Shown here one piece after another: positions 43,840 to 51,210 of a stretch of 51,210 nt of DNA; the first letter of the stretch is position 1, and each line of letters begins with the position of its first letter. Under the pieces are notes generated by a model. The model was not told the origin of the DNA and did not search any database. It worked only from the letters and a program-made list of their open reading frames with translations. The stretch covers positions 1 through 51,210 of the forward strand of contig CAJOLB010000005.1 in the NCBI GenBank assembly GCA_905235385.1. Reading direction: 5' to 3'. This DNA is from an uncultured Alphaproteobacteria bacterium (GTDB taxonomy: Bacteria > Pseudomonadota > Alphaproteobacteria > RF32 > CAG-239). Position numbers and translations under genes: made by a program.

Positions 43840-44021
43840 AATTGACTTTTTGATAAAAAAGAATAAGCTTAAAACTCAAAGAAAATTATTAATCTTAAAA
43901 AAATATATGCTTATGAAAGACATTGTTATTGCTATTATTTTCTTAGTGTTCGCGTTTGCAATAGGTGTGATGGTGTTTGCCGGAAACAAGGATTCCAAGA
44001 AAAATAAATTCTGATTTTATG

Positions 44022-44363
44022 GCAGCCGGTTCTATCCTTGCACTGATTGCCGGTTTGATAATGGGCGTGATGACGGGCATGACGATAGTTTACCTGATGC
44101 TTTGTCACAAAGACAAAAGGTTAGACTATCAGGGAAATGCAAAAATCATTGCCAAAACGACCGACGAAGAACACATGTTTATTGCCGAATATAAAAAAGG
44201 CGATAAAGTCTTAAACACGCTTTGTCAGATTGATGACCCGAAAGTAAAAGTCGGGGACGAGCTCGAAATTGTTGTTTGCGACATATGCAAAATGCCGCTC
44301 GGCTATTCAAGGCTCGAATATAACGAAAAATGCAAACATCTGGCAGAAAACAGGTTTTTCTAA
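44022..44363 (+). CDS. membrane-anchored hypothetical protein
   Basis: Start taken at MAAGSILALIAGLIMGV (44022) within ORF 43977-44363. A possible 35 aa TM peptide ORF lies at 43907-44014. Confidence 0.45.
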   Translation, partial: AAGSILALIAGLIMGVMTGMTIVYLMLCHKDKRLDYQGNAKIIAKTTDEEHMFIAEYKKGDKVLNTLCQIDDPKVKVGDELEIVVCDICKMPLGYSRLEYNEKCKHLAENRFF

Positions 44364-44364
44364 C

Positions 44365-44396
44365 GAAAACGGGTTGCAAGAAGCAACCCGTTTTTT
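44365..44396. terminator. bidirectional terminator
   Basis: Stem AACGGGTTGC (44368-44377) / GCAACCCGTT (44383-44392) with flanking A- and T-runs. Confidence 0.8.
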
Positions 44397-45060
44397 AATT
44401 AAGCAATTTATTTGTGTCGTTTTTAATTTTTTCAATGCGAAGCGCATCGGCGCGGTTCGTGGCTTTTTTGTAAATTTGCAAAAGTCGTTCGCAAATATAA
44501 AGTTTGCCGCGGCATTTTTTCAAAAAAGAAATTTTTTCATCAGATATATATTTTAAGGCCTGTTCCAAAAAATAGGATTCTTCGGTTTTGTTTGACGAAG
44601 TGTTTGCTAAATTAAGAAACATATCGATTTTTAAGGCATCATCGAGATATCTGCCCAATTCTTTAGAAACGCTTCTTGCCGCACCTTCGTCGCCGAGGGC
44701 ATCATAAATATCGCGCATCTTTTTTAAAACTTCAACCTGATCTTCGCCGTCTTTTGAAAATTCAAGCGCATTTTGATAAGACGAAAGAGCATTTTGAAAA
44801 TTAAGTGTTTCAAAGTGATCAAAGTTTTTTTGCAAAAACAAATCGCCGATGTTCTTATATGTCCAAAACAAAACTTGATTGCGCTTGACGGATTGCTTTT
44901 CTAAGCAGCTTTTATGGCGGGCGCAAAAACGGATAACATTGTCATAGCCTAAAAGCTTGTCATCAATGTTTGAAAGGTTTTTTGAGGCTTCAAAAGCTTG
45001 GCGATATTTTTTGATTAAACCGGATTCGTTTCGATGAATGTGTCTTAAAACAGAACGCAT
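44395..45060 (-). CDS. helical repeat (TPR-like) hypothetical protein
   Basis: 221 aa with repetitive helical A/L/Y-rich segments (ALSSYQNALEF..., YDALGDEGAA...). Confidence 0.5.
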   Translation of the reverse strand: MRSVLRHIHRNESGLIKKYRQAFEASKNLSNIDDKLLGYDNVIRFCARHKSCLEKQSVKRNQVLFWTYKNIGDLFLQKNFDHFETLNFQNALSSYQNALEFSKDGEDQVEVLKKMRDIYDALGDEGAARSVSKELGRYLDDALKIDMFLNLANTSSNKTEESYFLEQALKYISDEKISFLKKCRGKLYICERLLQIYKKATNRADALRIEKIKNDTNKLLN

Positions 45061-45067
45061 ATCGGTT

Positions 45068-45346
45068 CTACTCCGACGGGTGTAAGCACCAATTTTGTCT
45101 TTTCAAATCATAATCGTGATAATTGGTGCAATTTTCGCACAGACAGCCCTTGTTTAAGTGAATGCAATTACTCTTTTCAAATGCGCAAAACATCTTTTCA
45201 TAGTGTGTTTTGTTTTGTAAAACACCTGTTGAACGCGTGTTTGTTTGCATAATATTTTTGATTTTGCAACCGGTTGTATAAGAAGGGCAATCAAGACAAA
45301 TACATCTTGAAGCATTAAGTTCCGTTTTTTCAACTTTTCTTACCAT
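45068..45346 (-). CDS. Cys-rich DUF2769-like protein
   Basis: Start MVRKVEK after AAGGAGAG. CICLDCPSYTTGC...FCAFEKSNCIHLNKGCLCENCTNY pattern. Confidence 0.55.
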   Translation of the reverse strand: MVRKVEKTELNASRCICLDCPSYTTGCKIKNIMQTNTRSTGVLQNKTHYEKMFCAFEKSNCIHLNKGCLCENCTNYHDYDLKRQNWCLHPSE

Positions 45347-45410
45347 GTTTCTCTCCTTTCGGAAAAGAGAAATAAACAAAAACTCAAAAAAAACAACAAA
45401 ACTTTAGGAT

Positions 45411-45438
45411 AAAAAAAAGCCCTTTGGAAAAAGGGCTG
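45411..45438 (-). terminator. terminator after tatA-like gene
   Basis: Stem AGCCCTT (45419-45425) / AAGGGCT (45431-45437). T-run on the minus strand. Confidence 0.75.
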
Positions 45439-45458
45439 AAACAACAATAAAATAAAAA

Positions 45459-45650
45459 CTAATCTTGTTTTTTGTTTTCTCTGTTCTTTTTAGCTTCGGC
45501 AAATTTGGCTTCAGCTTTTTCTTTACTCTTTTTTGCGGCTTCCAAACTCTTGTCTGCAAGCTCTTTAAGATCACCTTTCAAAGCGGGAAGTTTGTGAGCT
45601 GAGAAAATAAGCGCAACAAAGATAATGATAAGCAACCAACAAAACATCAT
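45459..45650 (-). CDS. tatA: TatA/E family twin-arginine translocase subunit
   Basis: 63 aa. WLLIIIFVALIFSAHKLPALKGDL followed by an amphipathic, charged tail. Confidence 0.6.
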   Translation of the reverse strand: MMFCWLLIIIFVALIFSAHKLPALKGDLKELADKSLEAAKKSKEKAEAKFAEAKKNRENKKQD

Positions 45651-46708
45651 TTTTCTCCTTTTTTTAGGTCAAATAAAACTTCTGTCGCGTCATAATTGAC
45701 TGATTTTTCATCAAACAGATTAATCACAGAATAATAGTTTTCTTTCAAAGAATCAAGTTTTCTTTGAAACCTGTGCGTTTTTAAAACATCACGGATTTTT
45801 TCAAAACGTTCAAGAGATTTATCAGACAAATAACGTTTTGTTTGAACGGCCTCATAGAGCCCCTTTTCGTCACCGAAACAATAACAAACGGCATCTACGC
45901 CGGCGTCAAGAGAGGCATTAACACGTTCTGAAACAGTGCCTCTTAAAGCCTTCATTTCAAGAGCATCGGAAATAAGAAAGCCCTGATAACCGATAAGACC
46001 GCGGATAACGTCACGGATGCCTTTTTTCGAAAATGTAATCGGATTTTTGGAATCCAGCTCCGGAATAAGAATATGCGCCGTCATCGCCGAGGGGCAATCT
46101 TTATTTGAAATAAAGGGTGCAAAATCAGATTTTAAGTCAGAAAGCTTAAAGTTAATCACCGGCAAATGAAGATGGGGGTCAGAGGTGGCTCTGCCATGAC
46201 CTGGGAGATGTTTGATGCACGGACATATGCCGTAGTGAGCATAAGTTTGCCACAGGATTCTGCCGTATTTTGAAACCGTTCGCGCGTCAGCTCCGAAAGA
46301 GCGCGATTTGAGAGCATTTGTGGTGTCTGGATAATCCAAATCAAGAACGGGGGCAAAATTAAAATTGGCACCGACCTCTCTCATGTCGGCACAAATCAGG
46401 CGGGCATGAGCCTTGATGATTTTTTCGTTATGCGTTTTTGAAAGAAGTTCTTGAGAGGCATAAGGCCTGCCGCCACACGACAAAAGCCGATTGACGCGTC
46501 CGCCTTCTTGGTCAAGCGCAATTAAAACATCATCTCGTCCGATAACTTCTTTGATGCTGTTCGTGAGATTTTTGACCTGTTCTTTTGTTTGAAGATTTCG
46601 CGAAAAAAGGGCAACACCCAAAGGATTCGACTTTTCTAAAAGAGCCTTTTCAAAATCTGTCAAAACAGTTGAAGAAACAGAAAGAATGCCGGCAAAAACA
46701 GGTTTCAT
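45647..46708 (-). CDS. nagZ: beta-N-acetylhexosaminidase (GH3, NagZ)
   Basis: 353 aa. IALDQEGGRVNRL and KHLPGHGRATSDPH motifs. Confidence 0.85.
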   Translation of the reverse strand: MKPVFAGILSVSSTVLTDFEKALLEKSNPLGVALFSRNLQTKEQVKNLTNSIKEVIGRDDVLIALDQEGGRVNRLLSCGGRPYASQELLSKTHNEKIIKAHARLICADMREVGANFNFAPVLDLDYPDTTNALKSRSFGADARTVSKYGRILWQTYAHYGICPCIKHLPGHGRATSDPHLHLPVINFKLSDLKSDFAPFISNKDCPSAMTAHILIPELDSKNPITFSKKGIRDVIRGLIGYQGFLISDALEMKALRGTVSERVNASLDAGVDAVCYCFGDEKGLYEAVQTKRYLSDKSLERFEKIRDVLKTHRFQRKLDSLKENYYSVINLFDEKSVNYDATEVLFDLKKGEK

Positions 46709-47586
46709 TTTTCTTTAACCATACAGCTTCCGCCGCTTTGTTTGATTTTTGAGCAAAGCGATTCGGCGTCTGCCTTTGTTTGATATGAGCCGATTTTTAA
46801 ACGATTTAAGCCATCTTCACCGGCTTCAATCCGATAAGGCAGATTCTCAAGAACGGAATATTGTTTAACAAGCTGCTTATAGCCCTTTTCAACAGCATCT
46901 TTTTTGGAAGAAGCCATCATTTGAACACTCCACTTGCCGTCATCTAAAGAAGGCGAAGGAAGAGGTTTTTCTTGGGTGCTCGGCTTTTGAACATCAGCAG
47001 CTTCTTTTGTTTCTTGTTTTTGAGTAAGAGGTTCGTTTGTTTTTAAAACTTTAACGTCAATAACCGGTAATTTTTCGGGAATTTTAACTTTTTCGGTCGC
47101 GCTGGTTTCGACGGCGGCAATCAATTCATCCATATTTTCAGGCGATTCATCGGTTAATCCGGAAGCGTTTGAGGGCGTTTCTTCTTGAGCGGTTATGGTC
47201 GGCATTTTGGGCGTTTCGGGTGCAGGCAATAAACTCTCAACCGTTGTGTCTAAGTCGTCGTTTTTTTCAACCAAAGCATAAACGGTTTTATCCTGATTTA
47301 AAATCTCCATACCGCCGGGTTCGCTCGGCTGAATCTTAACAGGCAAAATCGGACGGCGAATAATCGGAATTTCTTTGTTCGAATTAAAGCCGAAACGAGG
47401 CAAAAGCAAAAACCAGCTCACGAGTCCGGCTAAAATAATGCCAGCAATCGAACCGATAAAACCGTTGCGCGAACGCTCTAATTCACGGCGGCGCTGTTCA
47501 ATGTCTTCTTGCATTTCTTGAGCGACTTTTTGCTTAAATTCGCTTAAATATTCTTCTTCTTTGGGATTATTAAACAGTTCTTTCAT
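46705..47586 (-). CDS. SPOR domain-containing membrane protein
   Basis: 293 aa. N-terminal TM, Pro/Glu-rich linker, C-terminal SPOR-like WSVQMMASSKKDAVEKGYKQL...RLKIGSYQTKADAESLCSKIK. Confidence 0.75.
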   Translation of the reverse strand: MKELFNNPKEEEYLSEFKQKVAQEMQEDIEQRRRELERSRNGFIGSIAGIILAGLVSWFLLLPRFGFNSNKEIPIIRRPILPVKIQPSEPGGMEILNQDKTVYALVEKNDDLDTTVESLLPAPETPKMPTITAQEETPSNASGLTDESPENMDELIAAVETSATEKVKIPEKLPVIDVKVLKTNEPLTQKQETKEAADVQKPSTQEKPLPSPSLDDGKWSVQMMASSKKDAVEKGYKQLVKQYSVLENLPYRIEAGEDGLNRLKIGSYQTKADAESLCSKIKQSGGSCMVKEK

Positions 47587-47687
47587 TTCAAAGCCTCATA
47601 TTGTTTAAAAACAAACTAGCGCAAAAAACTTTATAATCATTTAATATCTGCCTTGAATTTATCAATTTTTTTATTAAACTGTGAGTT

Positions 47688-48455
47688 ATGAAAGTTGTAA
47701 CGTTAAATATCAATTCAATCAATGCGCGATTGCCTCTGCTGCTCAAATATATGGAAAGCACAAAGCCGGATATTGTTTTGCTTCAAGAGATAAAAACCGA
47801 ATATAATTCTTTTCCGTTTTTTGAAATAAGGGCTTTGGGCTATGATGCAAAAGTTTTAGGTCAGAAAAGCTATAACGGGGTGGCGGTTATATCAAAAAAG
47901 CCGGTTAAGGTCTTAAACGAAAACCTGCCGAACTTTGAAGATGCTCAGGCAAGATATTTGGAAGTTTTGTATGATGATATAATCTTTTCAAGCGTTTATA
48001 TGCCGAACGGAAATCCCTTAGGAAGCGAAAAATTTGAGTATAAGCTCAAGTTTATGGATGCCTTTTATGAACACGCAAAAAAGCTTTTAATTGAAAATGA
48101 AAAAGTTGTTTTCGGCGGTGATTTTAATGTGATTTTAAGCTCATCTGATGTTTATGACGAAGAAAGATTTAAAAATGATGCGCTTTGTGCCGAAGAAGTG
48201 CGCCGAAAATTAACGGCTTTGAAATATTTAGGCTGTTATGATTTATACAAAACATTGCGCCCAAAGGATTCGGGCTATACATATTGGGACTATGGCGCGA
48301 CGGCTTTTGTTTCGGATTTCGGGCTGCGTATAGATTATTTTTTATGTTCGCCACTCATGGCACAAAAAGCAAAAAGCTGCGAAGTTGATAAAAGCTTGAG
48401 AAAAACTGAAAAGCCGTCTGACCACACGGCGCTTGTGGCCGTTTTTGAGGAATAA
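47688..48455 (+). CDS. xthA: exodeoxyribonuclease III
   Basis: 255 aa. MKVVTLNINSINARL...DIVLLQEIK, C-terminal SDHTALV. Confidence 0.9.
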   Translation: MKVVTLNINSINARLPLLLKYMESTKPDIVLLQEIKTEYNSFPFFEIRALGYDAKVLGQKSYNGVAVISKKPVKVLNENLPNFEDAQARYLEVLYDDIIFSSVYMPNGNPLGSEKFEYKLKFMDAFYEHAKKLLIENEKVVFGGDFNVILSSSDVYDEERFKNDALCAEEVRRKLTALKYLGCYDLYKTLRPKDSGYTYWDYGATAFVSDFGLRIDYFLCSPLMAQKAKSCEVDKSLRKTEKPSDHTALVAVFEE

Positions 48456-49517
48456 ATGATGATAAAAAAAATAGCTGTTTTGATTTTTTGTGTTTTTGTT
48501 GCCTCAAATGCGCTTGCTCAAAAAGACGTTATCAACGAAGTTTTTTTCAAAATAAACGACGAATATGTCGGGAATATGAGCAACAAAGATATTACATTAA
48601 AAGGGCTGAGAGCCTTGCTCAATATTGATAAAGATCTGACCTTAAGAAGATCGCAAAACAAGGTGTTTTTATATTATAAAAATCAAAGAAGCAAAGAGTT
48701 TGATTTTCCTAAAGACGAAAAAGACATCAAAGCATGGGTTGATTTTAATAAAAACGTGATAAATGAGGCAATAAAAATCTCACCGCAGGTTGAAGTTCAT
48801 GATTTTGAACTTGAGGACCGTTTTGCGCAAAAGGTTTTTGAGGATTTGGACGATTATTCGCACTATTTCGGTGCGTTTGATGACAAAGATGAAGACAAGC
48901 CCTTAAAAATCAGAAGACATTATGCCGCCCGTTTGGTTGATGACTTTTTGCTTATTCGCTTGACAAGGTTTCAAAAAGATACGGCAGAAAAAATCAGGGA
49001 AAGTGTCGGCGAATGTTCAAAATGCAAAGGGCTTATTTTGGATTTGAGAGGTAACGGCGGCGGTTTTATTGATCAGGCAATTAAAATTGCGGGGCTTTTT
49101 TTAGATGAGGGGATTGTAACCTATACGCAAGCCTCTGAAAACAGCGCACCGCAATATTATACGGCGCCTGCCGGCGATATACTTTCCAATAAGCCGATGG
49201 CGATTTTAATTGACGGCTCAACCGCGTCGGCCGCCGAAATTTTGGCAGCTTCGCTTTCCGAACAAAACAGAGCCGTCTTAATCGGCACAAAAACTTATGG
49301 CAAAGGAGCGGTTCAAGATGTTGAAAAAATAGGCTCGGATCGGGCAATAAGCGTGACCACCTCGTTTTTCTATACGCCATCGGGTTTGAATATTGATAAA
49401 AAAGGTTTAACGCCCTCTGTTTGTACGGGATTGTCCGAAGATTGCGACAAAGAAGACAGATTCAACAAAGAAGAAGACATTGAAAGAGCTGTTAAATATC
49501 TCAAAACGGGGATATAA
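48456..49517 (+). CDS. S41 family peptidase (C-terminal processing protease-like)
   Basis: 353 aa. Signal peptide, LDLRGNGGGFIDQA, TASAAEILAASL, GTKTYGKG. Confidence 0.75.
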   Translation: MMIKKIAVLIFCVFVASNALAQKDVINEVFFKINDEYVGNMSNKDITLKGLRALLNIDKDLTLRRSQNKVFLYYKNQRSKEFDFPKDEKDIKAWVDFNKNVINEAIKISPQVEVHDFELEDRFAQKVFEDLDDYSHYFGAFDDKDEDKPLKIRRHYAARLVDDFLLIRLTRFQKDTAEKIRESVGECSKCKGLILDLRGNGGGFIDQAIKIAGLFLDEGIVTYTQASENSAPQYYTAPAGDILSNKPMAILIDGSTASAAEILAASLSEQNRAVLIGTKTYGKGAVQDVEKIGSDRAISVTTSFFYTPSGLNIDKKGLTPSVCTGLSEDCDKEDRFNKEEDIERAVKYLKTGI

Positions 49518-49526
49518 AAAAACTTG

Positions 49527-49554
49527 TTGACAAAGACCTAAAAATATGTATATT
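49527..49554 (+). promoter_or_regulatory. sigma70-like promoter TTGACA-N16-TATATT upstream of rpmG
   Basis: TTGACA 49527-49532 and TATATT 49549-49554. Confidence 0.5.
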
Positions 49555-49596
49555 ACGCTCAAATGTTTTATCAATTTTAATAAAAGAGTATAAAAA

Positions 49597-49764
49597 ATGG
49601 CAAAAGCAGTAAAAGTAAAAGTTAAGTTAGAGAGCAGTGCCGGAACAGGCACATTCTATTTGGCAGAGAAGAATCCGAGAACTCATCCGGAAAAATTGGT
49701 TTTGAAAAAATATGATAAAAAATCAAAAAAACACGAAGAGTTCGTTGAAAAGAAATTAAAGTAA
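49597..49764 (+). CDS. rpmG: 50S ribosomal protein L33
   Basis: 55 aa, below the ORF-track cutoff: MAKAVKVKVKLESSAGTGTFYLAEKNPRTHPEKLVLKKYDKKSKKHEEFVEKKLK. RBS AAAGAG. Confidence 0.85.
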   Translation: MAKAVKVKVKLESSAGTGTFYLAEKNPRTHPEKLVLKKYDKKSKKHEEFVEKKLK

Positions 49765-49787
49765 TTCTTCTTGAGCAAAAAAATAGA

Positions 49788-49816
49788 AAAGGCCTCTGAC
49801 AAGAGGTCTTTTTTTT
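49788..49816. terminator. bidirectional terminator between rpmG and the Xer recombinase gene
   Basis: GGCCTCT-GACA-AGAGGTC hairpin followed by eight T. A-rich on the other side. Confidence 0.7.
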
Positions 49817-49819
49817 GTT

Positions 49820-50749
49820 CTATTTGTTGTTTTGTGCGAACGCCTTGTTGTATTCTTTTTTTAATTTTTCGAGCGAAACATTTGTATAGCGTTCGGTGGT
49901 TGAAAGAGATTCGTGCCCCAAAAGCTCCTGAATGGAACGTAAGTCACATCCCACATCTAAAAGTTGAGTGGCAAAGGAGTGACGGAGCGCGTGGGGTGTA
50001 ACGCTTTCGGACAATCCCATATAAGCGCGTATTTTTTGCATTTGGCGCTGGATGATGCGAGCCGTTAAACGCTCGCCTCTGGCGCCGACAAACAACGGAT
50101 CGCCCTCTTTAAGAGCGTAAGGAACAATTTTCAAATAAGCCTCAATGGCGTCAAACTCGGCAGGCAATATCGGCACAACGCGTTCTTTGTTGCCCTTTCC
50201 TTTAACAATAAGCGCTTTTTGGTCTTTTTTGATTTGTCCGACATTCAGGTTTAATGCTTCGGAAATTCGAAGTCCGGAGCCGTAAAGCAAAATCATGACG
50301 GCGCGGTCACGCAAACCCTGCCAATCGGATTTTGAGAAAAAGGGTGCCTGATCCAAAAGCTCAAAAGCATCATCAGCATCAATGGCTTTCGGCAGAGTTT
50401 TGGCTTTTTTGGGGTTAGAAACAAGACCGATGGATTCGTTTTTAATTGAATGTTTTTTATTAAGCCAGTTAAAAAAGTTTTTAATTGCGGACAATTCACG
50501 AGAAAGTGACGATTTTTCAATGTTTTTTGAAGCACGCGTGCTGATAAAGCGCCTGAAATCACGAACATCTAAAACCTCTAAGGCAGAAGGGGTGAGGTTT
50601 TCAAAAAAATTGATAAAAAAAGACAAATCGCGCAAATAAGCGTCCGCCGTATGCACACTGTAACGGCGCTCTTTTAAAAGCCAGTCTTTCCACTCGTCAA
50701 TCAGAATTTTCAATTCCGGCGAAGCGTTAAATTTAATTGCGTTTTTCAT
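49820..50749 (-). CDS. XerC/XerD-family tyrosine site-specific recombinase
   Basis: 309 aa. N-terminal SAM-like domain (YLRDLSFFINFF), catalytic region HALRHSFATQLLDVGCDLRSIQELLGHESLSTTERYT. Confidence 0.85.
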   Translation of the reverse strand: MKNAIKFNASPELKILIDEWKDWLLKERRYSVHTADAYLRDLSFFINFFENLTPSALEVLDVRDFRRFISTRASKNIEKSSLSRELSAIKNFFNWLNKKHSIKNESIGLVSNPKKAKTLPKAIDADDAFELLDQAPFFSKSDWQGLRDRAVMILLYGSGLRISEALNLNVGQIKKDQKALIVKGKGNKERVVPILPAEFDAIEAYLKIVPYALKEGDPLFVGARGERLTARIIQRQMQKIRAYMGLSESVTPHALRHSFATQLLDVGCDLRSIQELLGHESLSTTERYTNVSLEKLKKEYNKAFAQNNK

Positions 50750-50822
50750 AATATCTATGATAGAAAAAATAAGTTAATTTTTGTTTGAAATGTAAAAAAA
50801 GAACCGTTTGGTGCTTTTTTTT

Positions 50823-50844
50823 ATTGGCGCGCTCTTAAGCGATT
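50823..50844 (-). repeat. degenerate direct copy of the tRNA-Arg 3' end preceded by a decayed terminator
   Basis: ATTGGCGCGCTCT (13 nt, identical to 50981-50993) plus GCGATT. Lies 158 bp from the real copy. Confidence 0.6.
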
Positions 50845-50950
50845 ATTCAAAAACCTGACGGTTTTTTCAAGACCTCAACCTTTACCGCCAAAGCCGGCAA
50901 AGATTTCGGTTCCGAAAGGCGTTCTTCTCGCACGGCGATCGGTCAATATA

Positions 50951-50979
50951 AAAAGACCACCTTAATGGTGGTCTTTTTG
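50951..50979. terminator. bidirectional terminator downstream of tRNA-Arg
   Basis: Stem GACCACC (50955-50961) / GGTGGTC (50967-50973) with A- and T-runs. Confidence 0.75.
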
Positions 50980-50982
50980 TAT

Positions 50983-51059
50983 TGGCGCGCTCTGGGCGAT
51001 TCGAACGCCCGACCCACAGCTTAGAAGGCTGTTGCTCTATCCGGCTGAGCTAAGAGCGC
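50983..51059 (-). tRNA. tRNA-Arg (anticodon UCU), CCA encoded
   Basis: Reverse complement GCGCTCTTAGCTCAGCCGGATAGAGCAACAGCCTTCTAAGCTGTGGGTCGGGCGTTCGAATCGCCCAGAGCGCGCCA folds as a 77 nt cloverleaf. Anticodon loop CTTCTAA. Confidence 0.9.
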
Positions 51060-51114
51060 AAATAAAATCAAACATTCTTTTTTCATATTTTGCGCCCTTT
51101 GTCAATAACTATTT

Positions 51115-51210
51115 TTATATATAATCTTGAATAAAAGCCAAAAGCTCATTGTTGGTTTGAGGTAATTTTTGAAATTCAAGCCTTGAAATGATTCCTTTCA
51201 TGCCTTTGAT
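51115..51210 (-). CDS. C-terminal fragment of an unidentified CDS entering from beyond the window end
   Basis: Open minus-strand frame ...IKGMKGIISRLEFQKLPQTNNELLAFIQDYI, stop at 51115-51117. Confidence 0.3.
   Translation of the reverse strand: MKGMKGIISRLEFQKLPQTNNELLAFIQDYI

Noticed and set aside
49820-51059. Tyrosine recombinase next to tRNA-Arg and a partial tRNA repeat, read as the left end of an integrated island or prophage.
   Set aside because: The recombinase has the size and motifs of housekeeping XerC/XerD. The genes beyond it (rpmG, S41 peptidase, xthA) are core functions with no phage or conjugation genes. The same tRNA repeat architecture also occurs at two loci without any recombinase. 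The idea is kept only as a check inside the tRNA-Arg finding.

Overview
This 51.2 kb window is visibly AT-rich, gene-dense chromosomal DNA. GC content was not computed. Most of it is housekeeping.

**Recognised genes**
- DNA repair and replication: ruvC, yebC, recG, dnaQ, xthA and a Xer-type recombinase.
- Central and translation functions: class II fba, trxB, coaE, rho, eno, rlmN, a CCA/poly(A) nucleotidyltransferase, map, greA, rpmG, a dCMP deaminase and a NUDIX hydrolase.
- Membrane and envelope: a membrane H+-pyrophosphatase, a MATE exporter, tatA, nagZ, a SPOR protein and a Mur-ligase/LD-carboxypeptidase pair.
- Three tRNA genes: Thr-UGU, Pro-UGG and Arg-UCU.

**Likely source**
The gene content (IalB-like protein, GDYXXLXY/DUF2157 pair, secreted ankyrin protein, yebC-ruvC order) suggests an uncultured low-GC proteobacterium, possibly alphaproteobacterial. 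This is inference only.

**What was not found**
I see no rRNA, CRISPR array, transposase, phage module or recognisable defence system.

**Most unusual signals (all non-coding)**
1. All three tRNA genes sit in sense-antisense-sense modules. Each terminator loop is the exact centre of an 80-95 nt quasi-palindrome made from an inverted degenerate copy of the tRNA 3' half. A direct partial copy of the tRNA 3' end with a second terminator follows 158-177 bp away.
2. A ~105 nt highly structured palindromic repeat occurs twice. It abuts ruvC and a TetR gene and supplies the last codon and stop codon of both.
3. Two hairpins at a second pilin-like gene share conserved flanks and a conserved TGA bulge but have fully covarying upper stems. 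One lies in the 5' leader. The other forms most of a 51 nt in-frame extra segment at the prepilin cleavage motif. The same gene also carries an in-frame TAA.
4. A 410 bp very AT-rich intergenic region upstream of rho contains several TTATACACA (DnaA-box-like) motifs.

**Protein-level oddities**
- A DEAD-box protein with a single RecA domain and degenerate motifs.
- A shrunken chloramphenicol-acetyltransferase-like remnant.
- Two membrane HExxH proteins.
- An M49-like peptidase with a pentapeptide HENGH motif.
- An operon of a pilin-like gene, a small secreted protein, a GT2 glycosyltransferase and a DMT-like membrane protein.

Everything here was read by eye. No searches or folding programs were run.
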